Source: Haliotis rubra (Eukaryota). Taken from it: DNA of 64,000 nucleotides. The position numbers were made by a program, and so were the translations under genes. Within the stretch, counting starts at the first letter, position 1. The number at the start of each line of letters is the position of its first letter. The notes under the pieces were generated by a model. The model saw nothing but the letters and a program-made list of their open reading frames with translations, had not been told where the DNA came from and made no database searches. Positions 14,891 through 28,588 of the stretch are shown here, piece after piece. The stretch lies in assembly GCF_003918875.1 (NCBI RefSeq), contig NW_025766002.1, positions 4,154,001 to 4,218,000 on the forward strand, written 5' to 3'.

Positions 14891-15529
14891 GTTGTTCACT
14901 GGTCACGAGGGGGACATGGGTTGATGTACCCTCGATGTTTGTTTATGGTCATAACATAAACAAACATCGAGGGTACATCAACCCATGGGCCCCGAGGGAC
15001 CAGTGAACAACGTATTTATCTTACCGAACACCTTAATGTTAATTTTGAATTGTTTGAAGCACGGGTACAAATCTTTTTGTAGCCATCGCTAGATTTTGCT
15101 GACAAGAAAAACAGATTTAGAGTTATCTCCCTTCCATCGATTTGCATTCGCAAAACATCGGTAATTTCCGTACATCATACGTGATTCAATGTTATTCGAG
15201 ATAAAGAATTACTACCACGAAGTACCAAATGAGTTGACATTGCCAGCGGGGTACATTGAAATGTTACTCGCTTGTAAGCGGGGTACATTGAAAATAATAG
15301 AAGAGCGCTCAGCCAATCAAAAAACGACATTTATGACTGACTGACTGAGTTTTAGTTTTACGCCGCTTTTAGCAATATTCCAGCAATATCACGGCGGGGG
15401 ACACCAGAAATGGGCTTAACACATTGTGCCCATGTGGGGAATCGAACCCGAGTCTTCGGCGTGACGAGCCAACGCTTTAACCACTAGGCTACCCCACCGC
15501 CCCGCGACATTTATGTGTGAGGTAAGATA

Positions 15530-15530
<1 letters not shown>
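14891..15530 (+). mobile_element. Non-autonomous hairpin-headed DNA element (Crypton-like architecture)
   Basis: 5' hairpin 14891-15011, short inverted pair TTATCTTACC (15016) / GGTAAGATAA (~15521), CCAATCA near the 3' end, followed by a (TA/TG)n tract. Confidence 0.55.
15336..15503 (-). mobile_element. SINE family 1 nested in a hairpin element
   Basis: TSD CGACATTTATG (15325-15335, 15505-15515). Confidence 0.88.

Positions 15531-15582
<52 letters not shown>
15529..15582. repeat. (TA)n(TG)n microsatellite
   Basis: Read directly from the sequence. Confidence 0.9.
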
Positions 15583-15585
<3 letters not shown>

Positions 15586-16339
15586 AATACCTCACGTTTA
15601 ATATCAGCCTTACGAGTGCACAGCACAGTTATAGTATAAATATGTAAGAAGATATAAATAGGTATCAGTATAAAGTAATATAAACCAGTATGTAATTGTT
15701 TTCAATATATGTTCAATATGTAAGGTAATACTAAAGTAGCTGAAGGTGTCAGTGTCAAGCTACCAGTGTGTATCGATGTACTGCTGTATATGTTGAACAT
15801 ATATTGAAAATAACCTAATACAAACCACTATGAATAGTTTACACAAAAGCAATCCGAGAATGTTCAGTTTAGGATGAAACACTGATCCTTGGTTTGGTTG
15901 GTTTTATTACAGCGCTTCGTCCTCTTAAGATTAAACGAAGTGTCATAAAATACCCAATATTGTCAATCTGGTGCAAAAACAGTAGGAGTCCTTCATCTTT
16001 CGAATCTGTTGGTCGCGATATTGGGAAACAGCGCCCATATCTTATTATCATTACAAACAGAAAGATACATACGGTTTCAAAACACATAATACGTATTCAT
16101 ATGCGTCTAATGACATGCTGAAGCATCAAGCGACGTGGTATCTTTAACAAATTCCTTTACTAAGAATTGTCTTAAATGAGCAGACCTTGGTGAAGAAAGC
16201 ATGATAAAACAGCTCCATTGTATGTAATTCAATTAAATTTGCATGATGTGTCCTTGCGATTAAATGTTTGAGAGGGTTTGTTTTGATGTTGTTGTTTGTG
16301 TAATCATGATGGTATATTGCTGTGTGGGTGTGTGTGGTG

Positions 16340-16472
16340 TGTGGTGGTGTGTAGCCCAGTGGTTAAAGCGTTCGCTCGTCATGCTGAAGACCCGGGTTTG
16401 ATCCCCCTTTGGGTACAATGTGTGAAGCCCATTGCTGGTGATAAGAGCGGTGTAAAACCAAACTCACTCACT
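16340..16472 (+). mobile_element. SINE family 1, internally deleted
   Basis: Head and tail match the family. Confidence 0.7.
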
Positions 16473-16741
16473 GTATATTGCTCTACATAAATTCTGTCAG
16501 ACAGGTTGCTCTCATTTTTGAATAGGATAGGTTACTGGCCCCGGGATCATGATCTCAATCGTGTCTCAATGATAGAAAGACACTTAAATTATCTTGACTA
16601 TGTTGAAAGGAACTGAGGTCGGTCCCTTTATCTAAAGTAGTTCAACAATGCGATTCTCATGCAAAGTAAAACATATGTGTTGGGATAAGGACACAGTTAG
16701 TTCACATGGGGATGCCTGCTGCCTCTTGTCCAACTGCTCCT

Positions 16742-16925
16742 ATCCGTGAAGGTACGGGTTGGAACCTGTCTTTAGAAATCGCCTAACGTGATGCGGTGGT
16801 TGACCTATTTGCGTAGAATGATGCTAGTGCCTCAAATAACTGGATTTTTTGGTCCAGACTCGATTATTTATAGACCGCCGTCATACAGCTGGAATGTTGC
16901 CGAGTGCTTCATTAAACAACATAAG
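16742..16925 (+). mobile_element. SINE family 2, degenerate
   Basis: GGTCCAGACTCGATTATTTATAGACCGCCG motif. Confidence 0.6.
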
Positions 16926-17374
16926 GACAAATCTAACTGTTCCATTCTCACATTCGACAAAGGTATTATCAGCCAGAAAATCCATACACTGACATATTCT
17001 AACATATTTTCGACAAAGGTTTACTTGTTTTTCGCTTGAAATTCTTTCCGGTAATGGAGAAATATGTATCATCTGTTGATTAAAGTAGAGTTTTCAAAGT
17101 AGACATATTATTCAATTTCCATACAGAACAGACTGGAGTTTCTTTTCCGACTTATCCCATGTTGTTCCTTAAGTACGATTTCTCTATCAATTTGCATAAT
17201 GTCCTGTGGTTGCGTCAGTTAGTTCTTCCTCAAAATAGCCAGCGAATTCCCGAATAAAATCATATTCAATAGTTTCAGATTATGCAACGTAAACGTAGTG
17301 TTTCTTGTTCGAACGCCTTATCAGTGTTCAACATTTTGTAAACTAATAGTATCACTTCATGATTTTCCGGTATT

Positions 17375-17560
17375 TTGGTTGGTCGGTTGTTTAACGCCTC
17401 ACCTCAGCAATATTCCAGCCATATGGCGGCGGTCTGTAAATAATCGAGTCTGGACCAGGCAATCCAGTGATCAACACCATGTGCATCGATCTACGCAATT
17501 GGGATACGATGACACATGTCAACCATGTCAGCGAGCCTGACCCCCGAAGTCGCCTCTTGC
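17375..17560 (-). mobile_element. SINE family 2
   Basis: Reverse-complement match. Confidence 0.75.
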
Positions 17561-17838
17561 GAGATATTTTTTCAGGATAATAGCAATTATTCGTTATGAC
17601 ATTTGTATTTCTGCTACAAATTTAATGTTCAAGATGACATTGAACTCATTATGTCCTACTACATACTCATATCATGGATATATCTAGGACATCTACCTTT
17701 CCCAGCCTGTTTTCTTTCAAGCTGAACTTTACAGGTGATATCAACAGCTGATGTGGGACACGCCTCCAATGCTAATGAAGCGCACCATAAATGTATATTT
17801 TACATTGAGTTGATTTTGTTGATTTGTTGTTGAACGCC

Positions 17839-17951
17839 GTACGTATCTTCACGGGCATGGCTCTGACAACTGGAGGTACGTATCTTCACGGGTATGGCTC
17901 TGACAACTGGAGGTACGTATCTTCACGGGTATGGCTCTGACAACTGGAGGT
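17839..17951. repeat. Minisatellite, 3 x 37 bp
   Basis: Unit GTACGTATCTTCACGGGYATGGCTCTGACAACTGGAG at 17839, 17876 and 17913. Confidence 0.92.
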
Positions 17952-18066
17952 GTTGACATTATGCGACACTAAATCAACAGCACAACAGCTGTTAAACACT
18001 TCTTCACTTCATGGTTTCATCATTAGTGCAATCATTTGTTGTTACATTTGTAATTCTAATAAAATA

Positions 18067-18252
18067 GGGGCGGTGGGGTAGCCTAGTGGTTAAAGCGTTG
18101 GCTCGTCACGCCGAAGACCCAGGTTCGAATCCCCACATGGGTACAATGTGTGAAGCCCATTTCTGGTATCCCCCGCCGTGATGTTGCTGGAATATTGCTA
18201 AAAGCGGCGTAAAACCAAACTCACTCACTCACCCACTCACTCACTCACTCAC
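18067..18252 (+). mobile_element. SINE family 1
   Basis: Full length with (CACT)n tail; an empty-site paralog lies at 20351-20456. Confidence 0.88.
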
Positions 18253-18374
18253 TAGTTGTAACGCTCAAATGCATTTAACTGATAAGCATCAGGTTTTACT
18301 ATATACGAGTCATAATTATGTCTAGACATAACCGCATGTACTTCTCAACTCTTTTTCTTTGATTATACGTTCCA

Positions 18375-18479
18375 GGACCTAGATTTTCGAAGCTCCCCTA
18401 GTGTTAAGATGGTCGTAAGTGCCATACACTAACATTTACGACTATCTTAGCTCTAAGAGAGCCTCGAAAATCTAGGTCC
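18375..18479. mobile_element. MITE, PIF/Harbinger-like
   Basis: TIR GACCTAGATTTTCGA, flanked by CAG on both sides. Confidence 0.6.
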
Positions 18480-18559
18480 AGGGTTTTACAGATGGTGTAA
18501 GCAGATGTGATTGGAGACTTAACAAACAGTCTTTAAGTGCATGTTATATGGTCTCGTGC

Positions 18560-18750
18560 AGACCGGGTTACCAAGGGTGTTCAGTAACCCATGCTTGTCG
18601 AAAGAGGCGACTAAGTGGTCAGGCTCGCCGAATTGGTTGACGCATGTCATCTTACCCGAATTGCGTAAAACGATGCTCATGATGTTGATCACTGTATCGT
18701 CTGGTCCAGACTTGACTATTTAAAGATCGCCGCCATATAGCTGGAATAAT
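18560..18750 (+). mobile_element. SINE family 2, diverged
   Basis: Match to the family core. Confidence 0.7.
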
Positions 18751-18927
18751 AAATATATGTTATAATCATGAAACTTGCCATGAATGCAAGATTAATATGA
18801 TAATGGCACTGACAACTGCAGGGGTGTACGTTATGTCTTTCTTAACAACATCGGTTAATAATTATATTATATTATGTTTTTTTCGGAATGCGGTAATATG
18901 TTGTTACGTTTGTAGTTCTAATTAGGA

Positions 18928-19402
18928 GATAAACATCATGTGTTGGCCAATTTCCGGGTGTTATTGAGTATTTGAAGCACGAAAATTCATTTGGAACCGA
19001 CGGCATTAGCAGGAGATTTCAAATGAAACATTCCCGTGCTTCAAATACTCAATAACACTCGGAAATTGGCCAACACATGATGTCTATCGACATTGTAAAC
19101 ACAAAGTAACCAAAAGGTCCACACACGTTTTTGTGTCTGCCCTCATTGACATCGATTACGGGTACAGCAGTGAAATGTCATCAGCAGGCCGTTTTCGGCT
19201 GTTTCCAATGGTAGCATCTGAAACTGCTCACTTGTGACGTCATTCCGACATTACGTCACAATATGATTTGAATGACGTCACAACTGCTGACGACGTAACA
19301 ATACACAGCGAATGGTCTTGCAATTTCCGGGAATCGAATACCATTCGATCATGTTTTTTCAACCAATCAGATCAAAGAACACAGTGACTTTTTGTTTACA
19401 AT
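18928..19402 (+). mobile_element. Non-autonomous hairpin-headed DNA element (Crypton-like architecture), second family
   Basis: 54-bp inverted arms 18928-18981 / 19035-19088, short inverted pair ATTGTAAACA / TGTTTACAAT, CCAATCAG near the 3' end. Confidence 0.55.
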
Positions 19403-21014
19403 AAACTATTAATCAACAGTTGTGACAATAGCGTGACGTCAATAATGATGTGAGGTTCTATAGTTTTACGATAATTATCAGGTCCAAACAGCATGGATCG
19501 ATGATCATGAGGTAATTGAGTGTATTGTCTCGTCCAGAATATATTATCTTAAGTCGTCGTATAGCGGGACTCTAGTTTATTTGGACATTAACAAGAAGCA
19601 TACAACTCATACAACATAGTTCGTCTTTTTACGGTCGTTTGAGATATAATAGAACAAGCTTCTAATACATGTTACATTGAGATGATCGGCCACAATGACG
19701 TTTCGTATATCGTACGATTTCACATAAAGATATTAACTATCGATGAGATATTTGTTGACTCTTCCGCCAAGCTAAACTATACACGGGGATAGATTGATCT
19801 ATACATATCAATTGGACAATAATAGACATCACGTGTTCAGTGATTGAAGTCTGAAGGACATCGCCGGTGACTGCTCTTAAGAACTCAATATTTCACTGAT
19901 GGAATCGGTGGCAACTATGGCGATGTTAGGTCGCTGACCACATGCCCGTGCATGGAAGCAGTCCCACTAACAAAGGATCATTTGCTATTGACCATATCCA
20001 AAAATACACCCTGTGTTTCATTACGTGATAACAATCGTACATATGCTGCGTCATCTTGTGTGTTTCGACTGATTCCTATTCATGCTGAGTACATTAGTGC
20101 ATTAATAGCGATCGTACATTGGTTTAACAAGTGATGGTCACAGGTACTTGAAATAAAGAAGCCCCGTCAATACATTTCCTGAAAACATAAAATCTAAATG
20201 TGCTTCTTGTACACCCAGTCTAAAAGTATTACGACCAGACTTGGACAATCACATCTTGTGTTGTATTCGTAAAGATATATGGGCCATGCATTGTATATAT
20301 ATTTAGTGTTTCATGCCAGTACAGAAGCAACCAAGGCATAGCTTCAAAGAATTTGTTGTTACATTTGTAATTCTAATAAAATAGTTATAACTCCCAAATG
20401 CATTTAACTGATAAGCATCAGGTTTTACAATATACAAGTCATAATTATGTCTAGACCAAGCAACCAAGGCATAGCTTCAAAGAATTTAATGGTATGATTT
20501 AAGACACCAACAACAAAACCAGAGAGCCGATCGTGATCATTCATCTGTGTTAGTTCTACCTGAAGCACTCTATAGATGTGAATCCAGCCTTGAGAAGCTT
20601 GACAAACTCAACTGTACTTTGATGACAAAAACTACGATCTTAATCAAAGTAAATGTGCGATTGGAACGCGATTGCTAAGGAGCAAATAACAAACATGCTT
20701 GTTAAGACGTCACTAAAATCATTTTAAGAAATGAACGCAAGTATTCTTTCTTTAACTCTCATGATCAGGTATGTATTCCCGCTTCTTAACGTCAGCAAAT
20801 CAGCAATCCGTTGTAATCAGAATTTTCAGAAATTGAAAAAGCACAGAAACATTGTGGTTCTCTTTTAATCTGCCGCATTCACTGGAGATAATTGCTCCAA
20901 ACATTCCAATCGTCTCTATTCGCCTACAAAACCAAATTTCAATATTCAAATTTGCAAATCAATGTATTTCAACGAGAGGTAGATGCGCTAGATGGTACAT
21001 CTCATTTAGCAATA

Positions 21015-21170
21015 GGGCTTTTGGGTAGCCTAGTGGTTACAGCGTTCGCTCGTCACACATAAGACCCGGGGTCGATTCCCAGCATGGGTACAATGTGTGA
21101 AGCCCATTTCTGATGTCTCCCGATATTGCTGGAATGTTGCTAAAGCGGCGTAAAACTATACTCACTCACT
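21015..21170 (+). mobile_element. SINE family 1
   Basis: TSD CTCATTTAGCA. Confidence 0.8.
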
Positions 21171-21941
21171 CATTTAGCATTAGCCCGGCAGCCCCAGGGC
21201 AGGGAACGCGCATTGCAATCATGCTGGTCCTTCAGCATAACAAAATAACTTTTTTAACTGAAACAGCACGTTCCACAACGTTGGTACTTACGTTGATATC
21301 GATTCCAAAGGTCTAATATCGTAGAAATAACAAAACAGTTTCTACACCAAGCATGAGGTCATAAAATATTGAAAGCGTGCTTTCATATACATTGATCATT
21401 ATGATTTTGATTAGAATCTTCAAAACAAGCATATTGAAATAAGCTCATGCATAGAATATAACATTTCCAACTTCAATTACATGTGGGAATTCATGCACAG
21501 AGACATGTGAAGATCATGGTTTCAGCACAATGATGATGAATATATATTATCTCTACTTGTCAAATTGAGTTTCAATACAAATGAAAGATATTTGCATAAT
21601 TGGGTCTCTTGTTAGGTTTATTTTATGTGGAAACGCGGCCAACGTTCGGAATAAATAATTCAGTTTTTAATCATTTAGAAGGATCTGACAAAGAGGAATG
21701 ATAATGTGTTTACTTGACTACTTAGAGATTTGTGGCAAATAACGAAACAAAAAGCTAGCACTCAATAAGAACACGCAGTGGATGCAAATATATGTTGTAA
21801 GCATCCAACATAAACATTTACATAAAAGAAACTGCATTGTATAATCATTGTCCAACTGTCAAAATAGAACTATGAATTAATCGTGTGTCTCTCTCTGTGC
21901 AGGACGCCTAATTTGCTCATGCGGCTTAAAGCTGCCCACGT

Positions 21942-23632
21942 TCATTGTTCCTTCCTGTCAGTTGTGCCAGGAACCTGAAATCTAAACACAACAAGGTCTG
22001 AGTTATCCGTAAAATACTCCTACAAAGTCAGTACCATGAATAAGTTCTACTTTCAAGCTTCACACATGAAAGCAATTGTTTGCTTCTTATTGACCTCTTG
22101 TCGTTCCCAAAACGCTTAAATAGGGATTTGACCATGTGTCAATGACACAAACATGAATCTAAATAATTTGGCACATTATTTATATAAAAATCGGGAATAT
22201 ACACCATTTAGATATGATATCATTTGGGAATCAAGTTGTATGATTGTATATGGGTTGAGAAAAATTATTATGAATTTTGTGCAAGCACGCCAATTTCTTT
22301 GAGAGGTTTTTCACGATGTGCATTGTGAATATGGACGGGGCAAATTTAGAAATGTACATTGAAACGTAATAGCGTGTTGCTGTACATTTCAGTAATAAAA
22401 AACAGACTGAAAGTTGATCTGTTGTTTTATACTCAATGAAACGCTTTTTTGACATGCGCCGTCTGTCACGCCCGACCGAAACCGTGTAATATTCATGTTG
22501 GAAGTTGGAGCAAGACAGAACATTGTGGCAGGGGCTCTTAACGTCGTAATCAACGTAACTACAGGAAAATACACAATGCCATTTAGAAAGTGGTCCAATG
22601 GAACACATGTTATATTTGGGATTACACAGTAAAGTACAGATTCTAGTACTTTGTTGGGTTGAGTGGCATTTGGGATTCGAAGTTCGAACCCACATCGTCA
22701 GAGTCACACAAGTCAGCCGTCTCACCCACCCAGCTACCGCAGCTTCCACTACTGATAAAAAGCCGTTACAACATATGCCACTAAAAACAAGACAGAAAAC
22801 ATCTTGACGCCACACAGGTTCAAATTTCTTTTAGAAACTAGTGCCAATCTATCACAGGCTTNNNNNNNNNNNNNNNNNNNNNNNNNNNNNNNNNNNNNNN
22901 NNNNNNNNNNNNNNNNNNNNNNNNNNNNNNNNNNNNNNNNNNNNNNNNNNNNNNNNNNNNNNNNNNNNNNNNNNNNNNNNNNNNNNNNNNNNNNNNNNNN
23001 NNNNNNNNNNNNNNNNNNNNNNNNNNNNNNNNNNNNNNNNNNNNNNNNNNNNNNNNNNNNNNNNNNNNNNNNNNNNNNNNNNNNNNNNNNNNNNNNNNNN
23101 NNNNNNNNNNNNNNNNNNNNNNNNNNNNNNNNNNNNNNNNNNNNNNNNNNNNNNNNNNNNNNNNNNNNNNNNTCCAGCTCGGCTCAGCTGCTCAAAGGCG
23201 CTTTGTTATATCGCGTCTTGATATAACTTTGACAGTTCAGAATTAACCTAGAATCCCTAGAATTAACCTTAAACTTTTTAATCAACCTTCGGATGTTTTT
23301 TAAATAATGTGAATTGAAAGAAGCACCCTCAAGACCAAATAGCTCACCTTTTCATACATAAGGACAGATGTTGTGGATATGTTCCGTCCATATCTCCTCA
23401 GCCAACACTTTGAAAGTTGTCTTGAATACATGAAGTGAGTGCAGGAGGCTAACCCAGAGCAACGGCGGCTGCAACTTAATACAGCTCTGAACTCCCTAGG
23501 TGAACCATCTGAAGGTTGATCCCCCGAAGTATCCTGCCGAAATATTGTTACTCGAGGCATTGAACATTTTAACGTTAGGAACAGGATGCACCAAACCAAT
23601 GCATATCCGCGAAGTGACACTGTTGATGACAT
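21942..23632 (-). CDS. Secreted PAN/apple-domain protein; exon 1 confident, 3' end uncertain
   Basis: Exon 23632-23348 encodes MSSTVSLRGYALVWCILFLTLKC (signal peptide) then CSRRCSGLASCTHFMYSRQLSKCWL (PAN/apple Cys pattern), with donor AAG|GTGAGC. Candidate terminal exon 21974-21942 (VPGTTDRKEQ*) follows a TTTCAG acceptor. An assembly gap lies within the intron. Confidence 0.6.
22560..22750 (-). mobile_element. SINE family 4
   Basis: Homologous to 53900-54100. Confidence 0.65.
22862..23172. other. Assembly gap
   Basis: Run of N. Confidence 1.
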
Positions 23633-24419
23633 GGCTATGGCGTCCTTGATGCCAAGAACATGTGAGCACTCTGTAGAAAGGACTGATACCAAATCTCGAT
23701 CGATTTCTTCCAACTCGCGTACAAGGAAAATCATTATCACAAGAAAATAAACATAACCTATAGTGCTGAAACTGTGTAAACCCATTATAGTCATAATAGG
23801 GGAATTGTATTTCAATATAATCAGTTGTATGAAATAAATAGATTTTCTTTGTGAACAGAGTAATTGTTGCTGCAATTTTGATATATGATTTGCAATGAAT
23901 TTCATACTGCATCCGCTAATCAATAATGCACAAGTAAACTGTAGGACTGGAGAAAGTATTCACTTGATAATTTGATTTGAAATTTGGCTCTTTTGAGACG
24001 TCATCTGCAAGTCATTGTTGTAAGATTCTACTATATGGTGTGTGTTTATATCGCAAATCCCGTATGAAATACACCATTATCGAATAACCTTTTCACTGTT
24101 TGTGTAACGCTTAGCCACCATCATACATTGCTGTATATTTCGTGTGCTCGGTTGTTTACAGTTATGTCTGTCGTTATGACGGTATTTATTGTGCTGTCAC
24201 GGTCCAAACATCAATGGCAACCCTCACTGAATCCTTTGTTTTGACTTTGATCACCTGTTCTCCTCATTGATAACCTTTTAAATTGTTTGATCATGGATCG
24301 ACACCAAATGTTTATTTGAATGTACGTGCTCCTGAGACCCTCGGTAACAATACATCATTGGTGAATATGACGGATGATGTATCTAAACACTGTTTGCTTC
24401 CATTGTGCTTGCTAATTCA

Positions 24420-24705
24420 TTGGGGTTTTACAACAATACGCAAACGTAACTGTGTTTCATATTAAATAAAGTTTTAACAAGATTATTCTGAAATTAAATA
24501 TTGCATATGTTCAATACATACAGCTTTTCGACGTTAAGGTTGTGATTCACAATTTGCACGTTCATGGTTGTGCATCCGTTTGGGTTTTACAACAATGCTT
24601 CTTATAAAATTGAGTAAAATCTTTTACTTCTTAAATTAAATAGTGCGATACATGTTCAATACATACAGTCCTCGACGTTAAGATCGTGATTCACAATTTG
24701 CACAT
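24420..24705 (+). repeat. Diverged ~160-bp tandem duplication
   Basis: GGGTTTTACAACAAT...ATGTTCAATACATACAG...GTGATTCACAATTTGCAC occurs twice. Confidence 0.7.
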
Positions 24706-25079
24706 GCATATTTCTCCACTGTGCACAATTTGGATGTGTGCGTTCGGGGGTGTGTTTGGAGCATGATGTTCACGCACGTGGTTTTGAATGTGAACAGCTC
24801 ACAAGCTCAAGAACGCATATAACGCTTACACAGTGCCAGGGTTAGCTGAAAACTTTGCTGAAACATCTACCTTTGGAAAACGATTTTAATGTTCATCGAA
24901 ACACAATGTCATCCCTTTGGACGCTTTTTTTACAGCAGGGCAAAACTCATCACTTGCAATAATACCAGCTCGGGCGATTAATACGCTCGCGCAAGATAGT
25001 GGTAGAACTGTGTGCTAAAGAATGAGGAAACACAACATCCCACCCCTGGGATGCTTATATGCGTCACTGCATATCTTGG

Positions 25080-25460
25080 TGAAGACAGCAACTGAAGATC
25101 AGAAGACATTACCGAGACACTATACTGCTCACAGACGAGGGCAGGTTTGATCTTGACACATCTGGTGGTAGTGATAAGGTTTACGGGCATCTGTTTTGCA
25201 ACGATGATTATTAACGGCAGATCCTCAACCTCACCAGCACAGATTCGGCTGGAATGAGATGGATACCCTCTACGACAAGATCAGAACTATCCGGTTTCGC
25301 TCTCTCAGTTGGGACAATCTTTGGTTGGCATGTGGAACAACACACACACACATCCTGTTTACAATCATCTCGTGTTACAAATGCACCGCCGTTGCACTGC
25401 CTGTCTCTATGCAAATGGTGGTTACATACAATAGTGACATTGTTGTTTGAGTAGTTATAG
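25080..25460 (+). mobile_element. Highly degenerate Tc1-like transposase 3' remnant
   Basis: MHRRCTACLYANGGYIQ* at ~25381-25434 matches the Tc1 C-terminal SMRRRC.A.I.A.GG.T.Y pattern. Confidence 0.45.
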
Positions 25461-28400
25461 ACTAACAACTAGTCTCTGAAATGAACATATTTCACAATAG
25501 AAAAAATAATAAAATATAATGAAAAGGAGCCATGAGAATTTCCTCATTTTCAGAAACTCTGGAAATCTAGACTTGCCACATATTCTAGACTTTCTTAGAT
25601 ATATTTGGCTTTCTTAGATATATTTGTTTCAGGGTCTGTATGACAGACTCTTTAAGGGGAATGGATGTCCAAATAGAAAAACAAGAACAAATCAATCCTT
25701 AGCTATAGCGTTATGTCCTGCCTTGAGCCATACTTTTGATACTTTATAGATTACACATTTTGCTAACGCTTGGTCGAAATAAGTATTTGTATTGTATATC
25801 TCAATATTATTGTCTGGCGTCTGGTGACATGTAAAACGTATTTCAAGGAAGTAACGTATTTCTAAAGCAATCCATTAATATTTAACGTCAGTGGCAGAGA
25901 AGAACCAGTATCGATTATCTGCCGAAACATATTCCTTTAGAAAGCAAGACGAAAGCGGTGAATGACATCAGGACAATGTTCCATTACTGTTTATAAATTG
26001 TATATGTAACTAATAATTCAGTCAGGGGCAAGTAAAATTGAAATTGATATTATGACCAAAGAATTATGCCGTGATGATCACCGTTTGGTATTATTTTAGT
26101 TACAAGATAACAATTGCGTGAGAATACGCTTCAGATCATAGCCGCCAGTTTAGGTAAACGGCAAAATAACGAAAAGTATGGAATCCTAGAATGGATTCTA
26201 GGATTACACAATGTCCTTTCTAGGATTCTATAGAAAAGAGCGTTGAAACGCCTAAGATGGTATTTTCCTTTTAAAACATTTTTTTCTCCGGTGACAGCAT
26301 ACATGTATAAGATATTGAATCAATTATTAAGGGTGACTGTATTTTTGTATGACAATTAAATATTTGCACTATATTTTGTTATGTTAATTTGCCAAGACAA
26401 ATCGGTCTAAATATATTTAAAGTACCTACATCTTTTATTGTGATTGCATCTACTACCTTCAGGCACGCTATCATAAGATTAATGTATAATCCAAATTGCA
26501 CAGAAATTCATTACGAGGTTTTAATATCGCATTTCTTCCAACCGAGACTTTGGCGAAGTAGACACAGGTTAACGGGAAGACATTGCTCTTGTCTAAGTTG
26601 ACAAACATTAGTCGCGATTTCTATTTATCGCTTCCTTATTTCCCCATCTAGAAACAAATAAATCGACATTGTAGAAGTCTCTCGGTACATAATGTAGAGA
26701 GACATGTATTCCTGGCAATGTACAGTAACCAAATAATCCTATAGCATCTTTGGCGTAAATCGATTTGCCTTGAAATACGTTCCTAGACCGAGTAAGAAAT
26801 CATGAAATGATGTAGTGTGCATATTTGATGTGTATTACGTTAATAAACATCAATAACGATTGATTCTGTTGTATTTGACAGTGGTATAATGTCATAACTT
26901 TACTCATTAAAACCAAGTCGCGCGCTCAGTTGTCGAACATCACACAGGAGAATAAAATCCTGTGAATCGTTGAAGGGTGTATTAAGGATATTTGATGTGT
27001 ATAACGTTGATAACAACAACAGCGATTGGACAGAGATGCAACAACTTTAACGGTTATGTTTTAGACATTTGAAGAACAAGACGGTGGCGCCACCAGTAAC
27101 AAGAGTTATCGGGAGATGGCATGTGCACTTATTCTGGTGCAATTAAAAAAAGTGCCATGTTGCTTATACTCGTATGTTGGTCAATGCCAAAGGATACCTT
27201 CCGTTCAGTGAAGCAAACTTTAATGGCGTAGATTTCAAATTCATCAAATCACCATTAGACTGATCTGTGCACATTAGAAACATTCAATGGTTTTACAGTT
27301 ATGATCCAGAAATGAGCACTTCCCTTATATGCAATATATCCAGATAGTCCTCATGGAAAATACAAATTATCAAAGGGCAGCAGTTCATCACTAGACTGAC
27401 CAGTATAGCACGTTTCATCCAAATGTATGTAACTGTTTAAGAGTTCTTCTTTCACTTTCAGTTACTTCCAACCTGTCAGGAAGAAAAAGAATTCAAAATT
27501 TCAAATTCCAAAGTAAAAGGCACCAGTTCATGGAAATACCAATCCGCATAGCAAGTTCCAACAAGAAATATTGCATTGTTTTCAATAAAATTATCAAATC
27601 ACCATTAGATTTCTGCTCCAGAAAAGCAACCGAACTATCTGTAACTGTCAACTTCAACATTATATATCAATATCTAACTATCTAGTAAACATTGACAGCA
27701 ATTTGTCATCACCGTCGATGCTGCATATATCCCAACAATCAGGGAATTCATGCTTCTCCCTTGTCCTGTATGAACATATGTCGCACCAGTAGAAAGATGC
27801 ACTTTAGTTTTCTAATTTGCATGTCCTTAGAGTAGTGGTTTTAGTTAAATAATAAAATGTATATCTAACACATATGTGTTGAGCTTAAAAACATATGTGG
27901 TAACTTTCTTCCCAACTTCCCATTCCTCTTCGATTCATCATGGCTGGAAATTGATGGATTCAAAAACTATTTTGCAAATGAATGGACTATTACTGCATTG
28001 AAATAACCTCATTTTAAGGTTTTGTCAAGGACACTTGGCCACAACCACTTGAAGTGTTTCGACTGATATTGCCGTGTTGATAAAGGGAATACACTGTTGA
28101 ATGTTATGTCTTTCGTGAAAAACACAATTTACGAAGTTAAGATCATGCCTTGGGCGTGTAGAGAAGCTATTATTAATCTTTATTCAAAGTTGATCTGTTC
28201 TTTATAATTCCATTCTTTTTCTGGTGATATGGCGCCATTACTAGCTTTGTGTACGTACAATAACGATAATGAAATACATTATTGTAATGCTTGTCTTTTG
28301 AAATGTTTACGTCCTTCCTTAATGAGAAATATATATTTGATTGGATTTCTTCGTTGACTGTAATGTACCGTCTCTGTCCTATGAATCAGATGATACAAAT

Positions 28401-28588
28401 GTAATGTTATTATCACTTACAAAAGCATTGGTTTAAGATTTTATAAGAATCTAGCACTTTGAAGACGCCTTACAACAGTTGGCAATTTCTCTGATACAAA
28501 GGACGATGCACAATTTGTCGGAGGGTCTGTTTTCATGGACTGGTGTGTATTAGTAGCAGACTGGAGTCCAGAAGATTGAGGCAGTAAG

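Noticed and set aside
17839-17951. 37-bp repeats of CRISPR-like length
   Set aside because: Head-to-tail with no spacers, no cas genes, eukaryotic context; this is a minisatellite.
19850-20180. Possible downstream minus-strand exon of the PAN gene after a TTTTCAG acceptor
   Set aside because: All three frames stop within about 20 codons and no domain is recognisable.
22231-22815. 194-aa minus-strand ORF
   Set aside because: It runs through a family 4 SINE and AT-rich DNA, with no recognisable domain.
22804-23226. ORFs spanning N runs (also 36267-36759)
   Set aside because: Artefacts of assembly gaps.
27230-27620. Diverged internal repeats (ATCAAATCACCATTAGA etc.)
   Set aside because: Probably a decayed satellite or Helitron-associated array; the unit and boundaries could not be defined by eye.
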